Below are positions 19,179 to 31,291 of a stretch of 64,000 bases of DNA, in pieces. Under the pieces are notes generated by a model. The model worked only from the letters and a program-made list of their open reading frames with translations, was not told the origin of the DNA and searched no databases. The DNA is taken from assembly GCA_963695555.1 (NCBI GenBank), contig CAVOGR010000001.1:576001-640000 (forward strand), read 5' to 3'. This stretch comes from an uncultured Gemmatimonadales bacterium (GTDB lineage Bacteria > Gemmatimonadota > Gemmatimonadetes > Gemmatimonadales > GWC2-71-9). The translations under genes and the position numbers were made by a program. Numbering within the stretch: the stretch's first letter is position 1; each line of letters opens with the position of its first letter.

Positions 19179-19834
19179 AGTGCGCGAGCGGGTCATGGCG
19201 AAGAACGACGAGCTGGCCGCAGCGGTTCGCGAGCGGCTCCGCGCGCGCGGGTGTCACGTCGTTCAACCTGGTGTCGTCTCCGGGCTCGGGAAAGACACTC
19301 CTGCTGGAGCGGACGCTCGACGGCGCTGGGCGAAGAGTTGCGCATTGCGGTCGTCACCGGCGACGTGCAGACCCAGAACGACGCGGACCGGCTGGCCCGC
19401 CATACGGACCGGCCTGGTGCAGGCCGTCGTGACCGGCGGCGCGTGCCACCTCGACGCCCGGCAGGTCGCCACGGCGCTCGATGCGCTCGACCTCGACCAC
19501 ACGCGGCTCCTCTTCATCGAGAACGTCGGCAACCTGGTGTGCCCCGCGAGCTGGGACCTGGGCGAAGATGCCAAGATCGTGGTGTTCTCCGTCACCGAAG
19601 GCGAGGACAAGCCGCTCAAGTATCCCAAGATGTTCCGGGAATCACGCTACGCCGTCCTGAACAAGATCGACCTGCTGCCGTACGTCCCGTTCGACGTCGA
19701 CCGAGCCCTGGCATACGCCCGGGAGGTGAACCCGGAGCTCCAGTTCTTCCTCACCTCGGCGCTCACCGGCGAAGGACTCGATCAGTGGTTCGCGTTCCTC
19801 CGAAGCCGGACGCCTCACGGGCAACCCGGCATGA
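19159..19834 (+). CDS. hypB: HypB Ni-insertion GTPase (frameshifted)
   Basis: NLVSSPGSGKT, TGGACHLDA, IENVGNLVCPA, GEDKPLKYP, LNKIDL. Confidence 0.92.
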
Positions 19835-22151
19835 GTAGCGCCGCCCCCGCTCCACCCGTCAAGCGGGTGCGGCTGCATGTGACGGGCGTGGTGCAGGGTG
19901 TGGGCTTCCGTCCCTTCGTCCACCGCCTGGCGCTCCTGCATGGGCTGGGCGGGTGGGTCCGGAATGCGTCGGGCGACGTGGAAATCGAAGTCGAAGGCCC
20001 GAGCACCGCGCTGGAGCAATTCCTCGAGAGCCTGGAAACCGACGCCCCTCCACTCGCCAGGATCGAACGGGTGAACGACGGAGCCGCAGCCGCCCGAAGG
20101 GGAGACGGAGTTCCAGGTTCGTCACGAGCCGGGCCGAGGCCAACCGCCGCCAGCCGGTCTCTCCCGACGTGGCCATCTGTCCGGCGTGCGAAGCCGAACT
20201 GTTCGATCCGACCAACCGGCGGTATCGCTATCCCTTCATCACGTGCACCGACTGCGGGCCGCGCTACACGGTGATCGGTACCATGCCGTACGATCGGGAG
20301 CGCACCAGCATGGGTGCGTTCACCCAGTGCAACGCGTGTCTCCTCGAGTACCAAACGACCAGCCGACCGCCGGTACCACTCGGAGACCAACAGCTGCGCC
20401 GAATGCGGCCCCCAGGTCTGGTTCAGCGCCATCGAGACTCCCAGCCAGTACGTCGCACGGCCTCGATGCCATCGAGCACGCGGCCCGTCTACTCGACCAG
20501 CGGACGGATCGTGGCGGTCCGCGGGCTCGGCGGCTTCCACTCGGCGGTCGATGCCACCGACGCCAAGGCGGTCGTGCGGCTCCGACAGCGCAAGCGGCGC
20601 GAAGCCAAGCCCCTGGCCGTGATGGTGCGAACCCTGGCGGATGCCCGTGAGTTGGCCGTCATCGAGCCGGAGGAGGCCAGGCTCCTGTCGTCGTCGGCGC
20701 GCCCGATCGTGCTCGTGGCTCCCACGACCAATACCCCGCTCACCGGGGAGGTATTCCCGCGGCTCGACCGTGTCGGGATCATGCTCGCCTACACGCCGCT
20801 GCATCACCTCCTGCTCGACGCCGTCGCCCGCCCGCTGGTCATGACCAGCGGCAACGTCAGCGATGAGCCCATCGCTACCGGGAACGCCGAAGCGTTGGTG
20901 CGGCTCCGTACCCTCGCTGACGGCTTCCTGCTGCACGACCGGGAAATCATCTCACGCTACGATGACTCGGTGGTTCGGCTGGTGGACGGACATCCGATAT
21001 TCCTGCGCCGGGCTCGTGGCTATGCGCCGCTCCCGCTCGACCTCCCGGTCGCGAGTCCGGTCCCGCTCGTTGCGGTCGGTCCGCACCTCAAGAACACGCT
21101 CACCCTGGTGCACGGACAGCGGGCGTACGTGAGCCAGCATATCGGAGATCTGGAAAACCTGGAGACGCTCGAACACTTCCAGGCGACGCTCCATCGCCTG
21201 CGCCGCCTGTTCGACATCGACCCGCAGGTCGTCGTTCGCGACCATCACCCCGGGTATCTCTCGACCCGCGTAGCCGACGAATTGGACTGTGCCCGTGTCC
21301 TGGCCATTCAGCATCATCACGCCCATGTCGCGGCCGTCATGGCCGAGTATGGAAGAACCGCGCCGGTGATCGGGGTGGCCTATGACGGAACGGGCTATGG
21401 TGACGACGGGAAGGTGTGGGGGGCGGAAATCTTCGAGGCCGACCTGCTCGGGTACCGTCGGCTGGCGCATCTCACGTATGCGCCGCTTCCCGGTGGTGAG
21501 CGGGCGGTCCGGGCTCCGTGGCGGACGGCGTTGGGGTATCGCTCGCTCGATCATGGGGCAGCGGCAGCTTTTGCCCTTGCCTTCCGCGGCGTGGACCCGG
21601 CGGAGCTCGAACTCGCCGGCCGACAAATCGATCGGGGCATCAATAGCCCGATGGCCTCTTCCATGGGCCGGCTGTTCGATGCGGCCTCCGCCGTATTGGG
21701 CTTGCGCCACCGCGTGCGGTACGAAGGACAGGCGGCGATGGAACTCGAATCCGTGGCGGGCCGGAGGAACGGAAACGAACTCCCCTACCGGCTCGAGGAC
21801 GATGGAGCGGGCGGCTGGGTGTTGGATCCGCTCCCGCTGCTCGTCACCATCGGTGAGCGCCGCCAGCGTGGCGCAGAGGTGGAGGACCTCGCCGCGGATT
21901 TCCATGCAACGGTTGCAGCGGCTACCGTTCGACTCGTGCTTCGAGCCGGCGATGCGACTGGACGGCGCACGGTGGTGTTGAGCGGTGGAGTCTTTCAGAA
22001 CGCCCTGCTTCTCAGGTTGGTGAGCACCGATCTTGCGGCCCGCGGACTGGAGGTGCTCGTACCGCGCCTCCTGAGCCCGAACGATGGCGCGATCAGCTAT
22101 GGCCAGGCGGCAGCGGCAGCCGCCATGCTGCGCCGCGAGTCCGCCGCCTAG
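19831..22151 (+). CDS. hypF: HypF carbamoyltransferase (frameshifted in 5' part)
   Basis: Acylphosphatase GVVQGVGFRPFV; CPAC, CTDCGPRY, QHHHAH, DGTGYG, SSMGRLFD, SGGVFQN, PNDGAISYGQ. Confidence 0.93.
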
Positions 22152-22164
22152 GAGGGAATCCCCA

Positions 22165-22461
22165 ATGTGTCTCGGCATACCCGGTCGCATCATCGACATT
22201 CGCGATGACGGCGGACTTCCCATGGGCACGGTGGATTTTGCCGGGGTGCGCCGAGAGGTGTGTCTGGCCTACGTCCGAGATGAAGTGAAGCCCGGCGATT
22301 ACGCCATCGTTCACGTGGGCTTCGCTATCAGCAAAGTCGATGAGGAGGAAGCACGCCGGACCTACGAGCTGCTCAAGGAAATGAGCCAGCTCGACGAGCT
22401 CGAATGGATGGAAGAGGTGGCAGAGCAAGGGCTCGGGACGCTCGACGAGACGCCGTCATGA
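22165..22461 (+). CDS. hypC: HypC chaperone
   Basis: MCLGIPG, VHVGFAI. Confidence 0.95.
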   Translation: MCLGIPGRIIDIRDDGGLPMGTVDFAGVRREVCLAYVRDEVKPGDYAIVHVGFAISKVDEEEARRTYELLKEMSQLDELEWMEEVAEQGLGTLDETPS

Positions 22462-23576
22462 AGTTCCTCACCGAGTATCGCGATCCCGCCTTGGCCCGGA
22501 GACTCATCGATCGGATCTTGAGCACGGCCACGCGGCGATGGGTCCTGATGGAAGTGTGCGGCGGTCAAACGCACACCATTGTGAAGCAGGGCATCGACGA
22601 GTTATTGGAATCCGCGATCGAGATGATTCACGGGCCCGGCTGCCCGGTCTGCGTGACACCGCTCGAGCAGATCGACAAGGCGCTCCACCTCGCGTCCCGC
22701 CCCGACGTCATTTTCACCTCGTTCGGCGACATGTTACGGGTGCCTGGCAGCACCTGTGACCTCCAACAGGTCCGCTCCCGCGGCGGGCAGGTGCGCGTGG
22801 TGTACTCGCCGCTCGATGCATTGGAACTGGCCCGAAGCAACCCCGATCGCCAAGTGGTGTTCTTCGCCGTGGGATTCGAGACGACGGCGCCGGCCAACGC
22901 CATGGCGGTCTGGCGCGCCCGCGAGCTCAATGTTTCGAATTTCAGCGTCCTGGTGTCGCACGTGACCGTACCGCCGGCCATGACGGCCATTCTCGAGTCG
23001 CCGGACAACCGGGTCGAGGGATTCCTGGCCGCGGGCCATGTGTGCACGGTGATGGGATGGACCGAATACGAGCCGATCGCCGAGCGTTACCGGGTGCCGA
23101 TCGTCGTCACCGGGTTCGAGCCGCTGGATCTCTTGGAGGGCATGTACCTGGCGATCCGGCAGCTGGAGGAGGGGCGCTACGAGGTCGAGAACCAGTATGT
23201 GCGGTCGGTGCGGCGCGCGGGCACGGTACCGGCGCGCGAGCTCGTGGCCAAGGTCTTCGAGCCGGTGGATCGGCAATGGCGTGGCATCGGCACCATTCCG
23301 CGGAGTGGATTGGGTCTCAGGCCCGAATTCTCCGATTTCGACGCGGAACTGCGATTTCGGCTGGGGGAGCTGCACGTCACCGAGCCCGAAGCATGCCGCG
23401 CCGGGGACGTACTACGCGGCCGGATCAAGCCATTCGAATGCGAAGCCTTCGGCACGCTGTGCACTCCGGAACGGCCCCTCGGCGCGCCGATGGTGTCGAC
23501 CGAGGGGGCCTGCGCGGCGTACTACAACTACGGACGTTTCCGGGCGGATCAGCATCAGGCAGCGCGCCGTGAGTGA
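22458..23576 (+). CDS. hypD: HypD hydrogenase formation protein
   Basis: [44 protein letters not shown]. Confidence 0.95.
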   Translation: MKFLTEYRDPALARRLIDRILSTATRRWVLMEVCGGQTHTIVKQGIDELLESAIEMIHGPGCPVCVTPLEQIDKALHLASRPDVIFTSFGDMLRVPGSTCDLQQVRSRGGQVRVVYSPLDALELARSNPDRQVVFFAVGFETTAPANAMAVWRARELNVSNFSVLVSHVTVPPAMTAILESPDNRVEGFLAAGHVCTVMGWTEYEPIAERYRVPIVVTGFEPLDLLEGMYLAIRQLEEGRYEVENQYVRSVRRAGTVPARELVAKVFEPVDRQWRGIGTIPRSGLGLRPEFSDFDAELRFRLGELHVTEPEACRAGDVLRGRIKPFECEAFGTLCTPERPLGAPMVSTEGACAAYYNYGRFRADQHQAARRE

Positions 23577-24633
23577 AGACGTGTCGGTGGCATCAGGCTT
23601 GAATTGTCCGATTCCCTTCGAGGCGACCGACCGGGTTCAACTGGGTCACGGGTCGGGTGGCAAACTGAGTGCTGCCCTCCTGCGCGAACGCTTCCTGCCT
23701 CATTTCGGGAACCCCGCACTCGATCAACTCGCTGACGCCGCGGTGGTCACGTTGGGTGGAGTGGATATTGCGGTGTCCACCGACAGCTTCGTCGTGAGCC
23801 CACTCGAATTTCCCGGCGGAAACATCGGTTCCTTGGCCGTGCACGGGACCGTGAACGACCTGGCGATGATGGGGGCGCGGCCCATGTTCCTGTCCGCGGG
23901 CTTCGTCTTGGAAGAGGGGCTTCCGTTCGACGTGTTGGACCGGGTGATCCACGCCATGGCTGAAAGTGCCCGCGCGGCGGACGTGTTGGTGGTGGCGGGC
24001 GACACCAAGGTTGTCGAGCGGGGCAAGGCCGACGGATTGTTCATTAATACGGCAGGTATCGGACGGCTGGGCCCCTCGTTCCGCCCGGCTCCCGGCAATG
24101 CCCGCCCCGGCGACGTGATCCTCGTCAGCGGAGCCATCGCCCGCCACGGCATGGCCATCATGGCGGTACGCGAGGGGATCGCCTTCGACGCGCCCATCGA
24201 AAGCGATTCGGCCTCCCTCTATCCGCTGGTCCGGCTGCTCGAGCAAGCCGTGGGCACCGACGTGCACGTGCTGCGCGATCCGACGCGCGGCGGGGTCGCG
24301 AGCGCGCTCAACGAAATCGCGGCCGCCTCGAAGGTCGGGATGGCGCTCGAGGAGGGTGCGATTCCCGTTCCGGGACCGGTGGCGGGGGCCTGCGAGATGC
24401 TCGGGCTCGATCCGCTGTATGTGGCCAACGAAGGTGTCCTCATCGCCTTCGTGCCCGAACACCGGGAAGCTGAGGCACTCGAGGTGTTGCGGGCGCACCC
24501 GCTGGGGCGGGATGCCACCCGGATCGGCCAGGTGGTCGACGAGCATACCGGCTTCGTCGTGCTCCACACCGGCCTGGGCGGGCGCCGGATCGTCGACCTC
24601 CTTCCCGGTGATCAACTTCCTCGTATTTGCTGA
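23569..24633 (+). CDS. hypE: HypE carbamoyl dehydratase
   Basis: [33 protein letters not shown]-terminal LPRIC. Confidence 0.95.
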   Translation: MSEDVSVASGLNCPIPFEATDRVQLGHGSGGKLSAALLRERFLPHFGNPALDQLADAAVVTLGGVDIAVSTDSFVVSPLEFPGGNIGSLAVHGTVNDLAMMGARPMFLSAGFVLEEGLPFDVLDRVIHAMAESARAADVLVVAGDTKVVERGKADGLFINTAGIGRLGPSFRPAPGNARPGDVILVSGAIARHGMAIMAVREGIAFDAPIESDSASLYPLVRLLEQAVGTDVHVLRDPTRGGVASALNEIAAASKVGMALEEGAIPVPGPVAGACEMLGLDPLYVANEGVLIAFVPEHREAEALEVLRAHPLGRDATRIGQVVDEHTGFVVLHTGLGGRRIVDLLPGDQLPRIC

Positions 24634-24705
24634 CTGCCACGCCGAGGCATTTCCGAGTAGAATTCCCCCCTCACGAATCGTGCATTTCATTGAGGAGAGC
24701 GTGGC

Positions 24706-25482
24706 ATGACGACGTCCAGTACGTGCCCGGCGTGCGGAGCCTCCGCAGCAGGGAAGTTCTGCAGCCGGTGTGGGGCGAGTCTTGGCGGAGGCTCGTGCAG
24801 CGGATGTGGCGCGGCGTTGCCGAAGGGCGTCAAGTTCTGCCCTGGCTGCGGCGCCCCGGCATCGGGTGCCGCCGTCGCCCACGTCGGCCGGACCGACCGC
24901 ACTCCCTGGATCATCGCGGCGGTTGCGACGGTGGGCCTGCTCGCCGCGCTCCTCATCATGGTCTCGCGGAGCTCCTCGGGCCGGACCCCGGACCCTCTCG
25001 GGGCGCCTGCCGCTGGTGCGGCTGTGGGAGCGGGTGGCCTGCCCGATTTGAATGCGATGGGTCCGCGTGAGCGCTTCGATCGGCTTTACAATCGAGTCAT
25101 GCGGGCGGCAGAGGGCGGAGACCCGAACACGGTGTCCAACTTCGGGCCGATGGCTCTGCAGGCGTACGACATGCTTCCGGAAGCCGACCGCGATGCCGAT
25201 GCGCGGTACCACGCGGCGATGATCCACCTCCATTCCGGCGGTGCGGCACAGGCGGTGGCCCTGGCCGACACGATTTCGGCCCAGGTCCCCGCCCATCTGT
25301 TCGGCTTCGTGATTCGTGGCACAGCGGCGAAGCTGGCGACTGACAAGGCGGCGCTGGCCAAGGAGTATGCGGGGTATCTGAAGAACTACGATGCAGAAAT
25401 GAACGTCGGCCGGCGGGAGTATGGCGAGCATCCGGCCATTCTGGAGTCGTTCCGTCAGGAGGCGCAGGCGGCCGGTGGATGA
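24706..25482 (+). CDS. Double zinc-ribbon + TM + helical (TPR-like) protein
   Basis: CPAC..FCSRC..CSGC..FCPGC, TM helix WIIAAVATVGLLAALLIMV, helical C-terminal domain; directly upstream of ccmE. Confidence 0.75.
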   Translation: MTTSSTCPACGASAAGKFCSRCGASLGGGSCSGCGAALPKGVKFCPGCGAPASGAAVAHVGRTDRTPWIIAAVATVGLLAALLIMVSRSSSGRTPDPLGAPAAGAAVGAGGLPDLNAMGPRERFDRLYNRVMRAAEGGDPNTVSNFGPMALQAYDMLPEADRDADARYHAAMIHLHSGGAAQAVALADTISAQVPAHLFGFVIRGTAAKLATDKAALAKEYAGYLKNYDAEMNVGRREYGEHPAILESFRQEAQAAGG

Positions 25483-25548
25483 GCCCCGACCATTTTATAT
25501 TGCAGGGCGAACGAGTCGGAATTGATCGAGCCCGCGAGCGGAGGATAC

Positions 25549-25974
25549 ATGAAGGCCGGAACCAAGTTCTTTCTCGGAGCTGTGTTGATCGTCGGCAGCG
25601 TCGGGTTCTTGATTTTTGAAGGCGTGCGGCAGACCGGGGTCTACTTCCTGACCCCAACCGAGTTGGCGCAGAAGACTGCCCAGGATCCCACGTTCCATAG
25701 TGTCGGGCTCAAGATGGGGGCCCGGGTCGTGCCCGGCACCATCGAGCGCGATGCGGCGACCCAGACCGTCGAGTTCAGCGTGACGGATGGCACCACGTCC
25801 TACCCGGTCATCTACCAGGGCCTGGCGCCCGACACCTTCAACGACGAGCAGGAAATCGAGGTGGTGGTCGAGGGCCGATTGGGCACGGACGGGGTCTTTC
25901 ACGCCACGACCCTCCTGGCCAAGTGCGGATCTCGCTATGAAGCGGAATACGACACGGCCGAGCCTGAGGCCTGA
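25549..25974 (+). CDS. ccmE: Heme chaperone CcmE, Cys-type (CxxxY)
   Basis: YFLTPTE, PDTF, VVEG, LLAKCGSRY; RBS GGAGG. Confidence 0.9.
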   Translation: MKAGTKFFLGAVLIVGSVGFLIFEGVRQTGVYFLTPTELAQKTAQDPTFHSVGLKMGARVVPGTIERDAATQTVEFSVTDGTTSYPVIYQGLAPDTFNDEQEIEVVVEGRLGTDGVFHATTLLAKCGSRYEAEYDTAEPEA

Positions 25975-25977
25975 TCC

Positions 25978-27999
<2,022 letters not shown>

Positions 28000-28000
28000 C

Positions 28001-28606
28001 ATGACACGACGTCTCTCGGCGCATCACATTCTCCGGCGCGGCCTCCTGCCGCTATTCATGCTCGCGCTGGCCGGCGCGCTGGGCGCCCAAGAGGCCGCCC
28101 CGTCTTCGCAGGAGGAAGCGGGCCGGCTCTACAATCCTGGCGCGGTGCAAGAGCGCACCCCAACGGTCGACCTGGACAACGACGAGTACATCAAGGAGCT
28201 CGAGAAAGGCCTTCGCTGTACCTGCGGGTGTAACCTCGACATCTACACCTGCCGCACGACTGACTTCTCGTGCGCCACGTCGCCGGCGCTCCACCGAGAG
28301 ATCCTGGCGCTCCACAACGACGGGAAGACCGCCCAGGAAATCATGGACGACTTCGTCGCCCGGTACGGTGACGAGGTGCTGATGTCGCCGAAGCCCGAGG
28401 GGTTCAATCTGGCTGGCTATCTCGTGCCCGGCATCGTCATGGTCATAGCCGGGCTGCTGCTGACGGCGCATCTCCTGAAGAGGCGTAGGGAACAGGTGGT
28501 GGTTCCGGTGGCGGACGCGAGCGCCCCATCGATGCCGCCAGGGATCAATGGCAGTCCGGATGAGCTCGAGCGCCTGCGCCAGGAATTGCTCAGGGAGGAC
28601 GGCTGA
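28001..28606 (+). CDS. ccmH: CcmH/NrfF-like cytochrome c biogenesis protein (variant Cys motif)
   Basis: Signal peptide; LRCTCGC; GKTAQEIMDDFVARYGDEVLMSP; C-terminal TM helix. Confidence 0.8.
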   Translation: MTRRLSAHHILRRGLLPLFMLALAGALGAQEAAPSSQEEAGRLYNPGAVQERTPTVDLDNDEYIKELEKGLRCTCGCNLDIYTCRTTDFSCATSPALHREILALHNDGKTAQEIMDDFVARYGDEVLMSPKPEGFNLAGYLVPGIVMVIAGLLLTAHLLKRRREQVVVPVADASAPSMPPGINGSPDELERLRQELLREDG

Positions 28607-29124
28607 TGGTGTTGGAAGCGCTGGCCGCCGGCATGGTAGGTTTGCTCGCGCTCTGGTTCGTGCTCGACCCCGTGATACGTCCCGCGCCGCCGGCACCACC
28701 CATCTATGAGCCGCCCGACCCCCAGGAGACCGCGAAGGGGCAGGCGCTGGCCGCGCTCCGCGAGATCGAGTTCGATCGGGAGACCGGCAAGCTGTCGGAC
28801 GCGGACTACGATGAGCTGCGGAAGACCTACACGGCGGAAGCGCTGGTCGCGATGCGGGCCGAGGAAGGCGGGGCCGGGGCCGGCGCCGGCCCCGATGAAA
28901 TCGAGCAGATGGTTGCGGCGCGCGTCCGAGCGCTCCGCGGCGGAGCCGGCGTGGCGGACGGCGTCGTCTGCCCGACCTGCGGCCCGCGCCCCGAAGACGA
29001 GGCAGCGTTCTGTTCGTCGTGCGGACGGTCGCTGAACGGGGCCGGCGCATGCACCGGGTGCGGCGCGCCGCTCACGCCAGGCGCCCGGTTCTGCGGCAAC
29101 TGCGGAACCAAGGTTGCGGCCTGA
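28606..29124 (+). CDS. TM + CcmI-like N-terminal region + C-terminal double zinc ribbon
   Basis: ALREIEFDRETGKLSDADYDELR (resembles the CcmI cytoplasmic loop); CPTC..FCSSC..CTGC..FCGNC. Confidence 0.7.
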   Translation: MVLEALAAGMVGLLALWFVLDPVIRPAPPAPPIYEPPDPQETAKGQALAALREIEFDRETGKLSDADYDELRKTYTAEALVAMRAEEGGAGAGAGPDEIEQMVAARVRALRGGAGVADGVVCPTCGPRPEDEAAFCSSCGRSLNGAGACTGCGAPLTPGARFCGNCGTKVAA

Positions 29125-29193
29125 CGCTCCAATCAGCCTGACGACTCCTGCTTCTTTCATCGCTCGCCGGACCACTGAGTCTGGCGAGCGATC

Positions 29194-29805
29194 TCAGTTC
29201 CACGAGTACTTGATCCCCACGGTCACCACTCCCCTGAGCGTCCGCCGCCTGGTGAACTCGGGCGGCAGCTCACCCTCGTCGAACATCGAGCCGGTCACGG
29301 CGCCCTCCGCTCGGACTACTCCGCTCACGCCGTCTGCAACCAGGCTCTCGAGGGTGAGTGCTGCCCTGCCGCCAATCCGGCTGCGGCTCTTGGATTCGGT
29401 GACTCGCCAGAGGTCGATGACCGGCCCGGCGGCCAGGGTGATCCTTGCGTAGCGGCTCACTCGAAGGAGTCTGAACCCAAGTTCGGGAGCCACCTCGTAT
29501 CGCCTAAAGCCAAGGTCGTTGGTGATGATGGTGACTTGGGAGTCGGCAATGGTGAGGTCGCTCTGCTGGGTCCGGAGCACGAGCCCCAGGTGAAACGCGC
29601 CACTCCGGCGCGCGATGGCCAGCCCGAGCACGAGGTCGTTGGCAGGGCGGAATGCCGCCCCCGTCTGGAGGTCGCGCGATGCGCCGGATATTCCGGCCCA
29701 ACCGACCTCCGCCGAGAGACTCCACGCCCCCTGTTGTGCGGCCGCGGGAACGGGGAGTGCATAGAGAATCCCCAGCGCGAGCGCGCACAGTGACCGTCTG
29801 ATCAT
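29194..29805 (-). CDS. Secreted small outer-membrane beta-barrel-like protein
   Basis: Signal peptide AAA-Q; alternating beta strands; ends VTVGIKYSWN. Confidence 0.6.
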   Translation of the reverse strand: MIRRSLCALALGILYALPVPAAAQQGAWSLSAEVGWAGISGASRDLQTGAAFRPANDLVLGLAIARRSGAFHLGLVLRTQQSDLTIADSQVTIITNDLGFRRYEVAPELGFRLLRVSRYARITLAAGPVIDLWRVTESKSRSRIGGRAALTLESLVADGVSGVVRAEGAVTGSMFDEGELPPEFTRRRTLRGVVTVGIKYSWN

Positions 29806-29841
29806 GGAGCCTCCCGATTGGTGGTTGCCGGTAACCCGTTG

Positions 29842-31089
29842 CTAACGCATTTCGAGCTTGACCCAGCCGTTTTGCTTGCTCTCGTCGAGCACCGCCCAGT
29901 TGGCGACGGGGTGGGACAGGCCGGTGACTCCGTTCTCCACTGCAAAGCCGACGATGTCGTCATTCGAGTTCAAGAAGCTGTGGAGCGCCGACAGGAAATC
30001 GGCGGCGGACTTGGCCGCGGTGAGAATGCGAGTCGCCCCGGTGGGCGTGAGCACTCTTTGGTCCTTGGCTGCTTTGTAGTCCTTGTAGACTTGTCCCAAG
30101 GCCTTCAAGACCGCGCCCGACCGGTCTTCGTCGGTTCGGATTTCGCAGGCTGCATCGTCGTCCTCCAGGACGAACACCAGGAATGCCGTGCCAGGGTTGG
30201 CCTGCTCGAAGGCGTCCATCTGGGCCGCCGTGTAGAGCCGTGCCGCGCCGGTCCACGTCAGGCTGTTCATGTCCCAGGTGTATCCCGGCGGGGCGTGCTC
30301 GCCGATGCACTGGTAGCTCTTGAGCTTGGTCGTGTCGCCTCGGGCCGCCGGGCCCATGATATGGATCTCAAACTCGGGCTTCCCCTTCAACCAACCCTCA
30401 AAATCCTTGTTGAATTGGGCATACGTGAGGGTCAGGTCGCGGATGAGCAGATTGCCGCTGCCCCCCCCGCCCCCGCCCCCGCCCCCGCCCCCGCCGGGGG
30501 GTGGGGGATCGCAGTCCAGGCACTGGGCCCCGGCGGTGCGGGTGAAGGAGGTCTCCACCGGCACCAGCGCCAGCACCGGCGTCGCTGGAGGCCGGTCCGG
30601 ATCCAGCACGGTGCGCTTGCCCCGGGTGTCGAAGGCAACGGGTGCATCGCCATCGTCGAGCGCGGTGGCCACCAGGATGTTCGCATCCCCGGTCCACCGG
30701 GCGCGGTGCTCGGCCACCGGCAGATAGATCTCGACCGGCACGGCCGCGTCCACGTCGGTTTGGAGTTGGACCTCGTTCATGCGGTTGGCGGCCGCGACCC
30801 GGCGCAGCGCGGCCTGACCGCGTCCCTGGAGAAAGGTGCGGAAGTGGAGCTTGTGCTCGACGATGGGCGAGGCATCGAGCTGAGCCTTGAGGTCCAGCCG
30901 AAACGCGTCGTCCGCGAGCGCGACGGCGAAACGCCGCGCCAGGATTTCGAGCTTGGCCTGGTCGGGCCCCTTGGCGAGCGCCGCCGTCGGTTCGTCGGCC
31001 GGGATGGTGGGCCCCGAGGCCTGGTTCTCGGAGCACGCAATTGCGGCCAACAGCACCAACCCCGCTGCCGGCCAAAGCCTCCGTGACAT
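29842..31089 (-). CDS. Lipoprotein of unknown function with poly-Pro/Gly linker (possibly DUF3103-like)
   Basis: Lipobox LAAIA-C; CLDCDPPPPGGGGGGGGGGGSG linker; RBS AAGGAGG. Confidence 0.7.
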   Translation of the reverse strand: MSRRLWPAAGLVLLAAIACSENQASGPTIPADEPTAALAKGPDQAKLEILARRFAVALADDAFRLDLKAQLDASPIVEHKLHFRTFLQGRGQAALRRVAAANRMNEVQLQTDVDAAVPVEIYLPVAEHRARWTGDANILVATALDDGDAPVAFDTRGKRTVLDPDRPPATPVLALVPVETSFTRTAGAQCLDCDPPPPGGGGGGGGGGGGSGNLLIRDLTLTYAQFNKDFEGWLKGKPEFEIHIMGPAARGDTTKLKSYQCIGEHAPPGYTWDMNSLTWTGAARLYTAAQMDAFEQANPGTAFLVFVLEDDDAACEIRTDEDRSGAVLKALGQVYKDYKAAKDQRVLTPTGATRILTAAKSAADFLSALHSFLNSNDDIVGFAVENGVTGLSHPVANWAVLDESKQNGWVKLEMR

Positions 31090-31222
31090 GGTTCCTCCTT
31101 GGGTTTCGAGAAGCCCGTCACGCGCGTGGTGCGGTGACGGGCGCCCAAGGTAGGGGTTGGGGCGCGAAGCGTTGGTACCGGAAGGTTGCGGAAGGCGGCG
31201 CGAAAGCGGGGAGGATGTAACA

Positions 31223-31290
31223 GGGAGCAGGGAGTAGGAAGTGGGGAGTAGGCGATTTTCCTCGGTCCCACTCCCTACTCCCTACTCCCC
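31223..31290. repeat. Inverted arrays of the heptamer GGGAGTA/TACTCCC (hairpin-capable)
   Basis: gggagcagggagtaggaagtggggagtagg ... cccactccctactccctactcccc immediately after the permease stop. Confidence 0.7.
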
Positions 31291-31291
31291 T

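Noticed and set aside
19120..20274. Apparent HypB-HypF fusion in the ORF track
   Set aside because: Lies in an indel-rich zone; an ATGA overlap at 19831-19834 gives the normal separate hypB stop and hypF start
14772..20500. Hydrogenase operon as pseudogenes
   Set aside because: All catalytic motifs are intact and the same indel pattern hits essential genes (tuf, rplA, nusG); sequencing error is more parsimonious
30461..30506. C/G homopolymer-rich tract as a regulatory G-quadruplex or phase-variation site
   Set aside because: Explained by an in-frame Pro4-Gly11 linker in an intact ORF
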